Counted from the stretch's first letter, positions 1-9,186 are shown. The stretch is DNA of 64,000 bases from Candidatus Falkowbacteria bacterium (GCA_963747695.1 CAVVFV010000008.1:203592-267591); one strand, 5' to 3'. The notes: a model not told the origin generated them from the letters alone. Numbers and translations: made by a program.

Positions 1-336
1 CGTCCGGAAATATCGCTGCGCGAATTGATCCAATATGCCGCGCTGGTCAAGGATATTAATTTTCTCGGGCTGGAAAAAGGCAAAATCCCGATCGTCACCG
101 CTCATCAGGTCAAAGGGCTTGAATTCGATTATGTCTTCATCATCGGGATGAACGAATATATTTTCCCGATCAATAAATCCGATCTGGAAGAAGAAAAAAG
201 ATTATTTTATGTGGCGATGACTCGCGCCAAGAAAAAAATCTTTATTTCCTACAGCCAATATAATGACAACGGGTACACGGCGACGAAGAGCCGGTTTATA
301 GATTATATTGACAGCAAACATATAAATTTTGTCTAA
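1..336 (+). CDS. UvrD/PcrA/Rep-family (SF1) DNA helicase, C-terminal fragment; 5' end lies left of the window
   Basis: Frame open from base 1 to TAA 334-336; SF1 helicase C-terminal motifs VTAHQVKGLEFDYVFIIG and RLFYVAMTRAKKKIFISY. Confidence 0.75.
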   Translation, partial: RPEISLRELIQYAALVKDINFLGLEKGKIPIVTAHQVKGLEFDYVFIIGMNEYIFPINKSDLEEEKRLFYVAMTRAKKKIFISYSQYNDNGYTATKSRFIDYIDSKHINFV

Positions 337-514
337 CAATTAATTTTTAAATTTTTGTAATTTTTAAAAAAATCATAATTTTTAATTTTTAATCCGGCTG
401 CAAATGGTTTTAAAAATTAGAAATTAAGACCTTAAAATTTTTTAAAAATTATAAAATTAAAAATTTCATATTGTGCTATAATAAAATTTATAATTCATAA
501 TTAATAATTTATAA
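337..514. repeat. AT-only word-repeat spacer (aattttt / ataaatt words, partly palindromic)
   Basis: Read directly; related AT-only words recur at 4862-4965, 12901-12929, 24751-24786, 27988-28031, 47781-47815, 50261-50292. Confidence 0.5.
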
Positions 515-874
515 TTGAACATGACAAGTATCCAAGAAGTCTTCGACCGTATCCAAAAAACCAGAAAAGAGCAGAAAGAATTAAAAGCAATGTATCGCGA
601 CGCCTTGAATAATTCCGGCGCTTATCAGCGCTCGCTGGAAGAATTGAAGAAATTAAAAGATGAAAAGCGGAAATACGAAGAGGGGATTAAGAAAGAATTT
701 TCTTCCGAATTCGATAAGCTGGAGATCTTAAAGAACGAATTGATGAATGACGGCCAGCTGCTTTCGGATATGGTGGTTTCCCAAGTTGCCAAGGGCCAGA
801 AGATTGAGATTCAGGACGAGTTCGAAACAAAATATGAGCCGATTTTTTCGGTCAGATTTAAGAAAATCGGCTAA
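515..874 (+). CDS. hypothetical K/E-rich coiled-coil protein (119 aa)
   Basis: Intact ORF followed by hairpin terminator; no recognisable motif. Confidence 0.45.
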   Translation: MNMTSIQEVFDRIQKTRKEQKELKAMYRDALNNSGAYQRSLEELKKLKDEKRKYEEGIKKEFSSEFDKLEILKNELMNDGQLLSDMVVSQVAKGQKIEIQDEFETKYEPIFSVRFKKIG

Positions 875-893
875 GATAAAGTAAAATAATACC

Positions 894-920
894 AAAACCG
901 CCAGAACAGGGCGGTTTTGT
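894..920 (+). terminator. rho-independent terminator candidate
   Basis: aaaaccgcc / ggcggtttt stem (894-902 / 910-918) 20 nt after the stop. Confidence 0.5.
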
Positions 921-921
921 G

Positions 922-950
922 TTGACAAAATATCTAAAATATGATAAGGT
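922..950 (+). promoter_or_regulatory. sigma70-like promoter candidate
   Basis: TTGACA 922-927, 17-nt spacer, TAAGGT 945-950, upstream of 1025 gene. Confidence 0.4.
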
Positions 951-1024
951 AGCCTGATTTTGTACATTCACATAATCTAGATATTATAACCCATCTTGGC
1001 TCAAGTCGGGCCGCTGGAGGAGAA

Positions 1025-1984
1025 ATGAAAACCTTTATTCTCGTTTGCAACGTGTTATTGCCGGTTTCTCTTTTGGTCGGCCTGATGCTCTGGATTTTCA
1101 GGCCGCAAATCGAGAAAGAATTTACGCTGGCGGGAGGAAAAGTTTTGATGAGAATTCTGAAAGATGCGATGCAACCCCGGCCTGTTGCCAGTACGCCGCA
1201 GGAGGACTCGCTGAAATTCCCGGTCAGGCAGATGTCTTTTGAGAACGATAATATTTTCGGAGAATATTCGGCCGCGGCAACACCGATCTGCCAGCCGGTG
1301 GTTTATCAGACCACGCCTGTCCCGGTTGCGGAAAAGGTTGCGGTGGTCAAGAAGACTGTCACCAAAAAGGGCAAGGCTCTGGGAATTCAGTTAAGAACGC
1401 CCAAGCTCGACCCTAAGACGGAAGAGCAGATTCAAACATCGGTTGACGCGGGAATTGCCAGGCTGCCGTTCATCATTGAGCACTTTGGCAAAATCGTGGA
1501 AGACACCTGCTCCCAGAAGGCGATTGATCCTGATTTGGAGTTCGCCAAGATCGCCGTTGAATCCCGCGGCTACATTAATGCGGTCAGCGATTCCGGGGCG
1601 ATGAGTCTGGAACAGTTGATGCTTAAAACCGGCCGGCACTTGTTGGCCTTGCGCGGAATTTACGTCAATGACGAAGAAGTGCTGAAAGTGATGCTGCGCG
1701 ATCCTTACCTGAATATTTCGCTGGGGACGGATCATTTTCTTATCAGTATGCAGTTGTTCAACGATCCGGTGAAAGCTCTGGTCGGCTATGAGGCCGGAGA
1801 CGATCACGTCTTGAGTCAAATCAGGAAATTCGGCGGAGACGTGGAAGTTCCGTACTATCGCAAGATTTACGGCATCTATGTTTGGCTTAAAGAGCATCCG
1901 GAGCTTAGACAAAATCGGGGATTGCCGATCGATCTCCGGATGAGAGCGCCAAGAGAGGCCATCCAAATGGCCGAAGTTCGCTAA
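1025..1984 (+). CDS. membrane-anchored protein with SLT-like lytic transglycosylase domain
   Basis: N-terminal TM helix; AKIAVESRGYINAVSDSGAMSLEQLM resembles the E-S...GLMQ core of SLT domains; GGAGGA SD upstream. Confidence 0.5.
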   Translation: MKTFILVCNVLLPVSLLVGLMLWIFRPQIEKEFTLAGGKVLMRILKDAMQPRPVASTPQEDSLKFPVRQMSFENDNIFGEYSAAATPICQPVVYQTTPVPVAEKVAVVKKTVTKKGKALGIQLRTPKLDPKTEEQIQTSVDAGIARLPFIIEHFGKIVEDTCSQKAIDPDLEFAKIAVESRGYINAVSDSGAMSLEQLMLKTGRHLLALRGIYVNDEEVLKVMLRDPYLNISLGTDHFLISMQLFNDPVKALVGYEAGDDHVLSQIRKFGGDVEVPYYRKIYGIYVWLKEHPELRQNRGLPIDLRMRAPREAIQMAEVR

Positions 1985-1990
1985 AAGTAC

Positions 1991-2022
1991 GCCCTGTTTA
2001 CTAACGTAAACGGGGCTTTTTT
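1991..2022 (+). terminator. rho-independent terminator
   Basis: ccctgtttac / gtaaacgggg stem followed by T6 (2017-2022). Confidence 0.7.
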
Positions 2023-2037
2023 GTTGTCTGTTTAGTA

Positions 2038-2066
2038 TTGACTTATTGTCAAAAATATGCTATTAT
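2038..2066 (+). promoter_or_regulatory. sigma70-like promoter candidate
   Basis: TTGACT 2038-2043, 17-nt spacer, TATTAT 2061-2066. Confidence 0.5.
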
Positions 2067-2134
2067 ATAGATACGATAAACAGTGTTCTTTCCCAATGAA
2101 ATAAGCCAAAAATACCCAAACGAGAGGATAAAAA

Positions 2135-2767
2135 ATGAAAGCTCTATTCATTATTATCGTGTTAGCCATCGCCTTCGTGGCAGTATTTGCGCCACGGGAA
2201 AGCGGAACAGCAATTTGTACCGCATTCGTTAATGCCAAACCCGTCGCCGTGAAAGTGGCAGATGCTATCGGCGGTTTAACCCAGGAAATTTTGATCGCAC
2301 TCAAAAAAGCCGGACAGCAGAAAAATTTTAATGCCGACTCGATCGTGACGCAAAGCGGTTATGCTAAAGTGGCAAAAACCGTCCAGGCCAAATGGGGAAG
2401 ATACATCGATTCAATCGCCCTCTGTTACGGAATACCTGCCAAACTGGTGATTGCCAAAATCTCTTATGAATCTCTGGGCAAACCTGACACAGTGGGCAAA
2501 GCCGGAGAAATCGGTCTGACGCAGATGAAGCCGACGACAGCCGCGCCGCTTGGTTATTCCCGGCAAGACCTTTTCAACCCGAGGAAGAACATCAAGGCGT
2601 TCTGCCAGTATTTTTCCGGCCTTAAGGCTAAAAGAGGAACTGACGCCGATGCGATCGTCGCTTACACTTGGGGCGATAGCGCTTATCAAAAAGCGATTAA
2701 TCTCGCCGGATGCGCCGAAAACGTCCATTGCTACGAAATCGTAGCCGCAATTCAAAAAACCTTGTAA
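2135..2767 (+). CDS. exported lytic transglycosylase (SLT domain)
   Basis: N-terminal hydrophobic anchor; ISYESLGKPDTVGKAGEIGLTQMKP = catalytic E-S ... GLTQ(M) SLT signature. Confidence 0.65.
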   Translation: MKALFIIIVLAIAFVAVFAPRESGTAICTAFVNAKPVAVKVADAIGGLTQEILIALKKAGQQKNFNADSIVTQSGYAKVAKTVQAKWGRYIDSIALCYGIPAKLVIAKISYESLGKPDTVGKAGEIGLTQMKPTTAAPLGYSRQDLFNPRKNIKAFCQYFSGLKAKRGTDADAIVAYTWGDSAYQKAINLAGCAENVHCYEIVAAIQKTL

Positions 2768-2770
2768 CCC

Positions 2771-2815
2771 ATACCCTTTGTTCACAATCGTGAGCAAAGG
2801 GTATTATTTTATTTA
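2771..2815 (+). terminator. rho-independent terminator
   Basis: ataccctttgttcac / gtgagcaaagggtat stem, T-rich tail. Confidence 0.7.
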
Positions 2816-2996
2816 TTAAAAGATGAGAATGAAGAAGTAAAAATTTATTTAAGCGGTCGGAAAGGCGAAGAGCTGATTTTAAGCAAGCAATTTTTTTCTT
2901 GCCAAAAGCCTATTATTAGTCTATTATATAAATGAAAAATGAAAATTTTTAACTATAAAATATTTTTTCATTTTGAGATTTTATTTTTTCATTCCT

Positions 2997-4862
2997 ATGA
3001 TAACCGCCCAAGAATTACGCCAAAAATATTTCCAATTTTTTCAGTCCAAGGGGCATAAATTGATTCCTTCGGCTTCTTTGCTTCCGGAAAATGATCCAAC
3101 TGTTTTATTCAATACCGCCGGTATGCAGCCGCTGGTTCCTTATCTGCTGGGCGAAACGCACCCGGAAGGCAAGCGGCTGGTTGACGCGCAGAAATGTTTG
3201 CGTACCGACGATATCGAAGAAGTCGGCGATACCACTCACCATACTTTTTTTGAAATGCTCGGCAATTGGTCGCTGGGCGATTATTTCAAGCAAGAAGCGA
3301 TCAATTGGAGTTGGGAATTTCTAACCGATCCGGCTTGGCTCGGATTGGATAAGAATCGCTTGGCCTGTTCGGTTTTTGCCGGCGATGCTGATGCCTCGTT
3401 CGACGCGGAAGCTCATGAAATTTGGAAAAAACTGGGGATGGATGAAAAACGGATCGCCCGACTGCCCAAAAAAAATAATTGGTGGGGGCCGGCCGGAGTT
3501 ACCGGACCCTGCGGCCCGTGTTCGGAAATGTTTTATTGGGTGGGAGATCCGAACCAGGTGCCCGCCGGCTTCAATGATGATAATCCGCTTTGGGTGGAAA
3601 TCTGGAACGATGTTTTTATGCAGTATAATAGGATAAACCGCGGCACTATCCCGCTTAGCGGGACCGCCCATCCGAATGAAAACAATAAAGGAGATTTCAC
3701 TTTTGAGCCGCTAAAACAAAACAATGTCGACACCGGCATGGGTTTGGAAAGAACGTTGGCCACTTTGAACGGGCTGGCTGATAATTATTTAACCGACGTT
3801 TGGACAGGCTTGATCGGCAAGATCGAAGAATTATCAGGTAAAAAATATTTCGAATCTGATGTGATTAAACGTCTAATGAGGATTGTCGCCGATCATATCA
3901 AAGCGGCGACTTTTATCATCGGCGATGAAAAAGGCGTTACCCCTTCAAATACCGGTGCCGGCTATATCGTCCGCCGGCTATTGCGGCGCGCCATAATTCA
4001 CGGCTATCGCTTGGGCATTAAGAAAGGCGGTTATTGGGTTTATCAGATCGCTGAAGTTGTGATCGGAATTTATCGTGAAGCTTATCCGGAATTAGCGAAG
4101 AATCAGGAATATATCAAGAAGAATATCGAAGCCGAGGAAGGGAAATTTGAAAAAACTTTGGAAAACGGGCTTAAAGAATTCAATGAACAATGCGATACTT
4201 TATTGTGCCGGATCGATGCCAATGCCGATTTGCACGTGACCATGCCGGGGGAAGTGGTCTTCAAGCTTTTTGCGACTTACGGTTTTCCCGTCGAGTTGAT
4301 CCGCGAGATCGCCCGGGAGAGAAAAATTGTCATTGACGAAGCGGGCTTCGCGGAAGAATTCAAAAAACACCAGGACCTTTCCCGCACCGCCGCCGCCGGA
4401 ATGTTCAAAGGCGGTTTGGCCGATGCTTCGGAAGAAACGAAAAAACTGCATACGGCCGCGCATCTTTTGCTGGCGGTTTTGCGGAAAGTTTTGGGCGACC
4501 AGATCTTCCAGAAGGGAAGCAACATCACTCCCGAACGTTTGCGATTTGATTTTTCTCATCCGGCTAAAATGACTCCGGAACAAATTGCCGAAGTGGAGCG
4601 ATTGGTCAATGAAGCGATCCAAAAAGATCTGCCGATCATCTGCGAAGAAAAACCTCTGGCGGAAGCGAAGGCCGAAGGCGCGATGGGAGTTTTCGAATCC
4701 AAATACGGCGAGAAAGTCAAAGTTTACAAAATGGGTGAAGTGTCGCAGGAGATTTGCGGTGGCCCGCATGCCTCACATACCGGAGAACTTGGCCATTTCA
4801 AGATTATTAAAGAAGAGAGTTCAAGTTCCGGAGTTAGGAGGATTAAGGCGGTTTTGGAGTGA
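2997..4862 (+). CDS. alaS: alanine--tRNA ligase, short form ending right after the editing domain
   Basis: FFQSKGHKLIPSASL, FNTAGMQP, WGPAGVTGPCGPCSEMF, editing-site HTAAHLL and CGGPH; ATG 2997 preferred over TTG 2973. Confidence 0.9.
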   Translation: MITAQELRQKYFQFFQSKGHKLIPSASLLPENDPTVLFNTAGMQPLVPYLLGETHPEGKRLVDAQKCLRTDDIEEVGDTTHHTFFEMLGNWSLGDYFKQEAINWSWEFLTDPAWLGLDKNRLACSVFAGDADASFDAEAHEIWKKLGMDEKRIARLPKKNNWWGPAGVTGPCGPCSEMFYWVGDPNQVPAGFNDDNPLWVEIWNDVFMQYNRINRGTIPLSGTAHPNENNKGDFTFEPLKQNNVDTGMGLERTLATLNGLADNYLTDVWTGLIGKIEELSGKKYFESDVIKRLMRIVADHIKAATFIIGDEKGVTPSNTGAGYIVRRLLRRAIIHGYRLGIKKGGYWVYQIAEVVIGIYREAYPELAKNQEYIKKNIEAEEGKFEKTLENGLKEFNEQCDTLLCRIDANADLHVTMPGEVVFKLFATYGFPVELIREIARERKIVIDEAGFAEEFKKHQDLSRTAAAGMFKGGLADASEETKKLHTAAHLLLAVLRKVLGDQIFQKGSNITPERLRFDFSHPAKMTPEQIAEVERLVNEAIQKDLPIICEEKPLAEAKAEGAMGVFESKYGEKVKVYKMGEVSQEICGGPHASHTGELGHFKIIKEESSSSGVRRIKAVLE

Positions 4863-4965
4863 AATTATAAATTATAAATTATTAATTATAAATCATCCCT
4901 TTTTTAATTTTATATTTAATATTCGCCAAAATAATTTATAATTTATAATTTATAATTAATAATTA
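4862..4965. repeat. AT-only word palindrome (ataaatt words)
   Basis: Left arm aaattataaattataaattattaattataaat, right arm ataatttataatttataatttataattaataatt. Confidence 0.6.
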
Positions 4966-4974
4966 CCGTTCCTC

Positions 4975-5003
4975 TTGACATTTCCCACGTTTACCTATAC
5001 AAT
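4975..5003 (+). promoter_or_regulatory. near-consensus sigma70 promoter ahead of infA-rpmJ-rpsM...
   Basis: TTGACA 4975-4980, 17-nt spacer, TACAAT 4998-5003. Confidence 0.55.
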
Positions 5004-5062
5004 TTCTTTATAAATCAGTAACAAGATTTACCAATTGTTTTGTTTGGTAATTTTTTTTGTTA

Positions 5063-5302
5063 ATGCAAGAAGAAAAAAATCAAACTATTAATTCCAAAGA
5101 TTTTCTGGAAATGGATGGGGAGGTGACGGAATTAATGCCCGCGGGAACTTTCCGCGTCGTTTTTTCCAACGGCCATGAAATTTTGGCCCATCTTTCCGGT
5201 AAGATGCGGATGAACAAGATCCGTCTCTCGGTCGGCGATCGCGTCAAAGTGCAGATGAGCCCGTACGACCTCACGAAGGGGAGAATCACTTTCCGGTTGT
5301 AA
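5063..5302 (+). CDS. infA: translation initiation factor IF-1
   Basis: S1-fold IF-1 core [60 protein letters not shown]; ATG 5063 (TTG 5057 also possible). Confidence 0.9.
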   Translation: MQEEKNQTINSKDFLEMDGEVTELMPAGTFRVVFSNGHEILAHLSGKMRMNKIRLSVGDRVKVQMSPYDLTKGRITFRL

Positions 5303-5370
5303 TAAATTTTGAAAACAGTAAATTTTTTAGTGCATGTTTCATGTTCAATGTTTCATGCTCCATGAATATT

Positions 5371-5484
5371 ATGAAGGTCAGAGCAAGCGTAAAACCAATT
5401 TGTAAGGATTGCAAGGTTGTCCGCCGCAAAGGTAAGGTTTGTGTTATCTGCAAGAACCCCAAGCATAAACAAAGACAAGGATAA
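5371..5484 (+). CDS. rpmJ: 50S ribosomal protein L36 (37 aa; too short for the ORF track)
   Basis: Own translation [37 protein letters not shown] with zinc-ribbon C/H pattern; canonical position between infA and rpsM. Confidence 0.9.
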   Translation: MKVRASVKPICKDCKVVRRKGKVCVICKNPKHKQRQG

Positions 5485-5487
5485 ATA

Positions 5488-5576
5488 TTAGTTAATTGGT
5501 TAATTAGTTGATTAGGTACTCAGGAAGTACTTATCAGCAAGCCAACTAATTAACTAATTAACTAATCGACTAATAA
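5488..5576. repeat. word palindrome, taattag words
   Basis: ttagttaattggttaattagttgattag ... ccaactaattaactaattaactaatcgactaa; same word family at 39379-39531. Confidence 0.6.
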
Positions 5577-5584
5577 ACTATTCT

Positions 5585-5980
5585 ATGGCTCAAGCTAGAA
5601 TCGCCGGCGTCAATATTCCCACGGAAAAAAAGGTAAAAATTTCTTTAACCTATATTTTTGGCATTGGTTATTCCCGCGCCCTGGAAGTGCTGGAAGCGGC
5701 TAAGCTGGATCCGGAAAAGCGAGTCAGGGATCTGACCGAGGCGGAAGTCAATAAGTTGAGAGAAATCGTGGAAAAGAAATTCATGGTTGAAGGTGATTTG
5801 AAAAGAGAGATCATCGGCAATATCAAGCGGATGAAAGAGATCGGCTGCTATCGCGGCGTCCGCCATATCAAGGGCTTGCCGGTTCGCGGCCAGACCACCA
5901 AGAGAAACAGCCGCACGGTCCGCGGCAATGTCCGCAAGACCATGGGTTCCGGACGAAAACCTTCGGCTCAAAAAACATAA
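5585..5980 (+). CDS. rpsM: 30S ribosomal protein S13
   Basis: ARIAGVNIP...[13 protein letters not shown]...[24 protein letters not shown]. Confidence 0.95.
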   Translation: MAQARIAGVNIPTEKKVKISLTYIFGIGYSRALEVLEAAKLDPEKRVRDLTEAEVNKLREIVEKKFMVEGDLKREIIGNIKRMKEIGCYRGVRHIKGLPVRGQTTKRNSRTVRGNVRKTMGSGRKPSAQKT

Positions 5981-5984
5981 AATT

Positions 5985-6050
5985 TATACGAATTACGAAT
6001 CCGGACGAAATATACGAATTCGTATATTCGTAATAATTCGTAGTTCGTAG
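5985..6050. repeat. word palindrome, cgaatac/acgaatt words (B-like)
   Basis: Perfect core tatacgaattcgtata flanked by acgaat / attcgt words. Confidence 0.55.
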
Positions 6051-6083
6051 AGCATCAGTTTTTAATAAGAAATATTTTAACAT

Positions 6084-6692
6084 ATGCCAGAGAATAAAAA
6101 GGAAGAAAAAACGGAGGAGATAAAAAAAGAAATCGTTTCGCCCGAAGTGAAAATCGCCGAGCCGGTTTTGGCTGACGAAAAAGGCTTTGACGAGCTGGAA
6201 GATGAAGTCGAGGTTTCCCATAAGAAAGAAGGGGATGTGACCGAAGAATTGCCTGATGAAATCAAGAAAAAATTGGAGGCCAGAAAAGAGGAAAAAAGCG
6301 CCAAGAAACCGATGAAAAAGAAAAAAAAGCGGGCCAAAGTCAGAGTCGAAATCGGAAAACTCTATGTTAAAGCCAGTTATAATAACACCATCGTTACCGC
6401 CACCGATCTGAATGGCAATGTCATCGCTTGGGCTTCCGCCGGAATGGCCGGATTCAAAGGTCCGAAGAAAGCGACCTCTTATGCCGCGCAGATCATCACT
6501 AAGATCGTTTTGATGAAAGCGAAAGACGAATACGGCATGCGCGAGGCGAGCGTTTTCGTCAAAGGCATCGGCACCGGCCGCGAAGCCGCGATCAGAGCCG
6601 TCAACGCCAATGGCATCAATGTCACCTCGATCAAGGATATCACCCCGATTCCGCACAATGGCTGCCGCCCGAAAAAACCGAGAAGAGTATAA
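6084..6692 (+). CDS. rpsK: 30S ribosomal protein S11 with ~84-aa K/E-rich N-terminal extension
   Basis: Core GKLYVKASYNNTIVTATDLNGNVIAWASAG...PIPHNGCRPKKPRR; 202 aa. Confidence 0.9.
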   Translation: MPENKKEEKTEEIKKEIVSPEVKIAEPVLADEKGFDELEDEVEVSHKKEGDVTEELPDEIKKKLEARKEEKSAKKPMKKKKKRAKVRVEIGKLYVKASYNNTIVTATDLNGNVIAWASAGMAGFKGPKKATSYAAQIITKIVLMKAKDEYGMREASVFVKGIGTGREAAIRAVNANGINVTSIKDITPIPHNGCRPKKPRRV

Positions 6693-6751
6693 AATTTATT
6701 TGATAGCGGGAGAAAATTTTTTCTTATTAAAAAAGTTTAGTGCTAATCGAA

Positions 6752-6846
6752 ATTGTTATATTGTCATATTGTTATGTTGCTGCGCAACGTTCTGAACAGC
6801 TGAACAATATGTAACAATATAACAATATAACAGTATAGCAATATAG
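6752..6846. repeat. A-family word palindrome (caatata words)
   Basis: attgttatattgtcatattgttatgttgctgcgcaacg ... aacaatatgtaacaatataacaatataacagtatagcaatatag; ends 5 nt before rpsD ATG. Confidence 0.7.
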
Positions 6847-6851
6847 TTTTT

Positions 6852-7484
6852 ATGAAAAATATCGATCCAAAATGTAAACAATGCCGGCGCATCGGAGAAA
6901 AACTATTCTTCAAAGGCGAACGCTGCCTTTCCGCTAAATGCGGCCTGACTCGCCGGAATTTTATTCCCGGTTTTCACGGTCCCAAAGCCAAAGGCGCGCC
7001 GCGTCGCTCGGATTACGGCATGCAGCTGATCGAAAAGCAGAAAGCCAAGAAACAATATCTCTTGAATGAGAAGCAATTCCGGATCCTGTTCGAAATTGCC
7101 GCCAAGAAGAGAGGTAACACTGAAGAGCTTTTGCTCCAGCTTTTGGAATTGCGTTTGGATAATGTGGTTTACCGCTCTGGCATCGGCGCTTCGCGCTCTG
7201 AATCCAGACAGTTGGTTAATCATGGCCATTTTACCGTCAACGGCAAGAAAGTCACCATCCCTTCATATAAGGTTAAGCAAGGCGACATTATCAAACTGAA
7301 AGATAAGAGCAAGCGCAGCAAGAAATTCGCCAATCTGGAAGCGAAGATTAAGAAAGGCGAAGTTCCGGGCTGGCTCAATGTCAATGCCGAAGATTTTTCG
7401 GTCAAGGTCCTGCATCAGCCGGCGGCCAAGGATATCCGCGTCAACTTCACTCCGCAAATTATCGTTGAATTCTATTCCAGATAA
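6852..7484 (+). CDS. rpsD: 30S ribosomal protein S4
   Basis: CKQCRRIGEKLFFKGERC zinc-ribbon start, LDNVVYRSGIGASRSESRQLVNHGHFTVNGKKV S4 domain. Confidence 0.95.
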   Translation: MKNIDPKCKQCRRIGEKLFFKGERCLSAKCGLTRRNFIPGFHGPKAKGAPRRSDYGMQLIEKQKAKKQYLLNEKQFRILFEIAAKKRGNTEELLLQLLELRLDNVVYRSGIGASRSESRQLVNHGHFTVNGKKVTIPSYKVKQGDIIKLKDKSKRSKKFANLEAKIKKGEVPGWLNVNAEDFSVKVLHQPAAKDIRVNFTPQIIVEFYSR

Positions 7485-7534
7485 TAAGATTATTATTGAA
7501 GATAAAAATAATTATTACAACTAGAGAGTTCGTT

Positions 7535-7709
7535 AAATCCGAAGCACAAAATCCGAAATCCGAAACAAATCCCAAATCCTAAATTTAAAATCCGAAACAG
7601 CCGGAGTCCAGAAATTTATATCCCTTTTTTTGATAGTAACTTGTTTTGAATTTTGTGCTTAGAATTTTGAATTTGTTTAGGATTTCGTGCTTAGAATTTC
7701 GGATTTTAA
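7535..7709. repeat. word palindrome, aaatccgaa / cacaaaat words
   Basis: Left arm aaatccgaagcacaaaatccgaaatccgaaacaaatcc..., right arm ...ggatttcgtgcttagaatttcggattt. Confidence 0.65.
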
Positions 7710-7786
7710 AGATAATTACAATTAAGAAGTTATTTGTTAATTCAATCTTTATCAAAATACAAAATAAAAATTAATAATAAATATTT

Positions 7787-8599
7787 ATGGAATCAATCGC
7801 CAAGCCAAACAAAATAGAATTCCTTAAAGGTGAAAAGACTCACGAGATGATCGTTCACATCGAGCCTTTTTATCCCGGCTATGGTATGACCATCGGCAAT
7901 TCGCTGCGCCGCGTTTTGCTTTCTTCTTTGTTGGGAACTGCGGTCGTGGGCGTCAAGATCAACGGCGCCAGCCATGAATTCACCACTTTGCCTTACGTCA
8001 AGGAAGATATTTTGGAAATCATCATGAATTTGAAGCAATTGAAGCTGGCGATGTTCGAAGAGGATGAAATAAAATTAGAATTGGACGTGCACGGCAAGAA
8101 GGAAGTCAAGGCCGGCGATATCAAGAAAGACAGCCGGGTGGAAATAGTGAATCCTGATTTGGTCATTGCCAATATTACCGATATGGCTGGTTCATTATCG
8201 ATGGAGATTACGGTCGGCAAAGGCCGCGGCTATCGTCCGGTGGAAAGTATTGAAAAGAAGAATGGCGAAGTCGGTTTCATCGAAACTGATGCCTTCTTTT
8301 CCCCGGTTTTGGCTGTCGGTTTGAAAGTCGAAAATGTCCGCGTCGGCAAAATGACCAACTGGGACAAATTGATCATCGATATCACCACTGACGGGACGAT
8401 TTCCCCGGAAAAGGCTTTTAAAGATTCGGTTCGGGTTTTGCAAGAGCAGGTTAGCGCTCTGGTCGGCGAAGAAGCGCCGGCGCTGGCCGAAGAAGCCAAG
8501 GCGGAAGAGTCAGTCGAGGAAGCTGAAAAAGATTCCGCGGCAGCCGAAAAGAAAACCAAGAAAGAAAAGAAACCCAAGAAAGAAAAGAAAGCTAAATAA
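7787..8599 (+). CDS. rpoA: RNA polymerase alpha subunit, N-terminal domain only, with K/E/A low-complexity tail
   Basis: PFYPGYGMTIGNSLRRVLLSSLLG and downstream NTD; 270 aa; last ~45 aa are EEAKAEESVEEAEK...KKEKKPKKEKKAK. Confidence 0.85.
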   Translation: MESIAKPNKIEFLKGEKTHEMIVHIEPFYPGYGMTIGNSLRRVLLSSLLGTAVVGVKINGASHEFTTLPYVKEDILEIIMNLKQLKLAMFEEDEIKLELDVHGKKEVKAGDIKKDSRVEIVNPDLVIANITDMAGSLSMEITVGKGRGYRPVESIEKKNGEVGFIETDAFFSPVLAVGLKVENVRVGKMTNWDKLIIDITTDGTISPEKAFKDSVRVLQEQVSALVGEEAPALAEEAKAEESVEEAEKDSAAAEKKTKKEKKPKKEKKAK

Positions 8600-8648
8600 T
8601 ATTGTTTTAAAAACAGGGATTAGATACGAAATAAATGTTGAAGTAGAA

Positions 8649-8700
8649 AATTCGCGTTTTTCGCGGCATTCGCATTCATTCGTAGATTCGCATCATATAT
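8649..8700. repeat. B'-family half element
   Basis: aattcgcgtttttcgcggcattcgcattcattcgtagattcgcatcatatat runs into rplQ ATG; near-identical copy at 37033-37089. Confidence 0.65.
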
Positions 8701-9051
8701 ATGAGACACCGCAATAAGAATAAAATTTTGGATAGAAAAAGAGGCCCGCGCGCCGCGCTTTTGAAGGGATTAGCTTCCAGCGTTTTGATATACGAAAAAG
8801 TCGAAACCACGGAAGCCAAGGCGAAAGTCGTCAGATCTCAAGTTGAGAAAATGATCACTTTGGCCAAAAACAACGATTTGGCCTCGACGAAGAAATTGAT
8901 TTCCTCCTTGCCGCAAAAGATGGCGGTTTTGAAATCGATCGAAGTTTTGCGCGAAAGATATAAAGACAGAACCGGCGGTTACACCAGAATCATTAAATTA
9001 AATTCTCGCCCCGGCGATGGCGCCAAGATGGTACAACTCGAGTTAGTCTAA
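8701..9051 (+). CDS. rplQ: 50S ribosomal protein L17
   Basis: MRHRNKNKILDRKRGPRAALLKGLASSVL... GGYTRIIKLNSRPGDGAKMV. Confidence 0.9.
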   Translation: MRHRNKNKILDRKRGPRAALLKGLASSVLIYEKVETTEAKAKVVRSQVEKMITLAKNNDLASTKKLISSLPQKMAVLKSIEVLRERYKDRTGGYTRIIKLNSRPGDGAKMVQLELV

Positions 9052-9068
9052 AAGATAAATTTGGTTAT

Positions 9069-9186
9069 ATAATACGAATACCACGAATTATACGCGAATA
9101 CTACGAACGGCAAACGGAAACGAATAATTCGTTAAATAGTTCGCGGTATCGCGAAAAATTAGTAGTATTCGCATCATGATATTTAT
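9069..9186. repeat. B-family ~120-bp palindromic element
   Basis: aatacgaataccacgaatt...cgcgaatactacgaa ... ttcgcggtatcgcgaaaaattagtagtattcgcatcat; homologous to 34863-34980 and 51541-51659. Confidence 0.75.

Noticed and set aside
4585-4941. 118-aa plus-strand ORF overlapping the alaS 3' end, as a possible frameshifted C-Ala continuation
   Set aside because: Its product is K/R-rich out-of-frame sequence with no AlaRS C-terminal motifs, and it runs into the AT-word palindrome.
5868-6656. Long antisense ORFs in the track (e.g. 5868-6656 minus, 29154-29735 minus, 53821-54369 minus, 56107-56943 minus, 58296-58835 minus)
   Set aside because: They lie opposite strongly supported genes (rpsM/rpsK, the Pat-like gene, the giant gene). 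Their products are R/G/A-rich low-complexity sequences and they have no start context. They are shadow ORFs.
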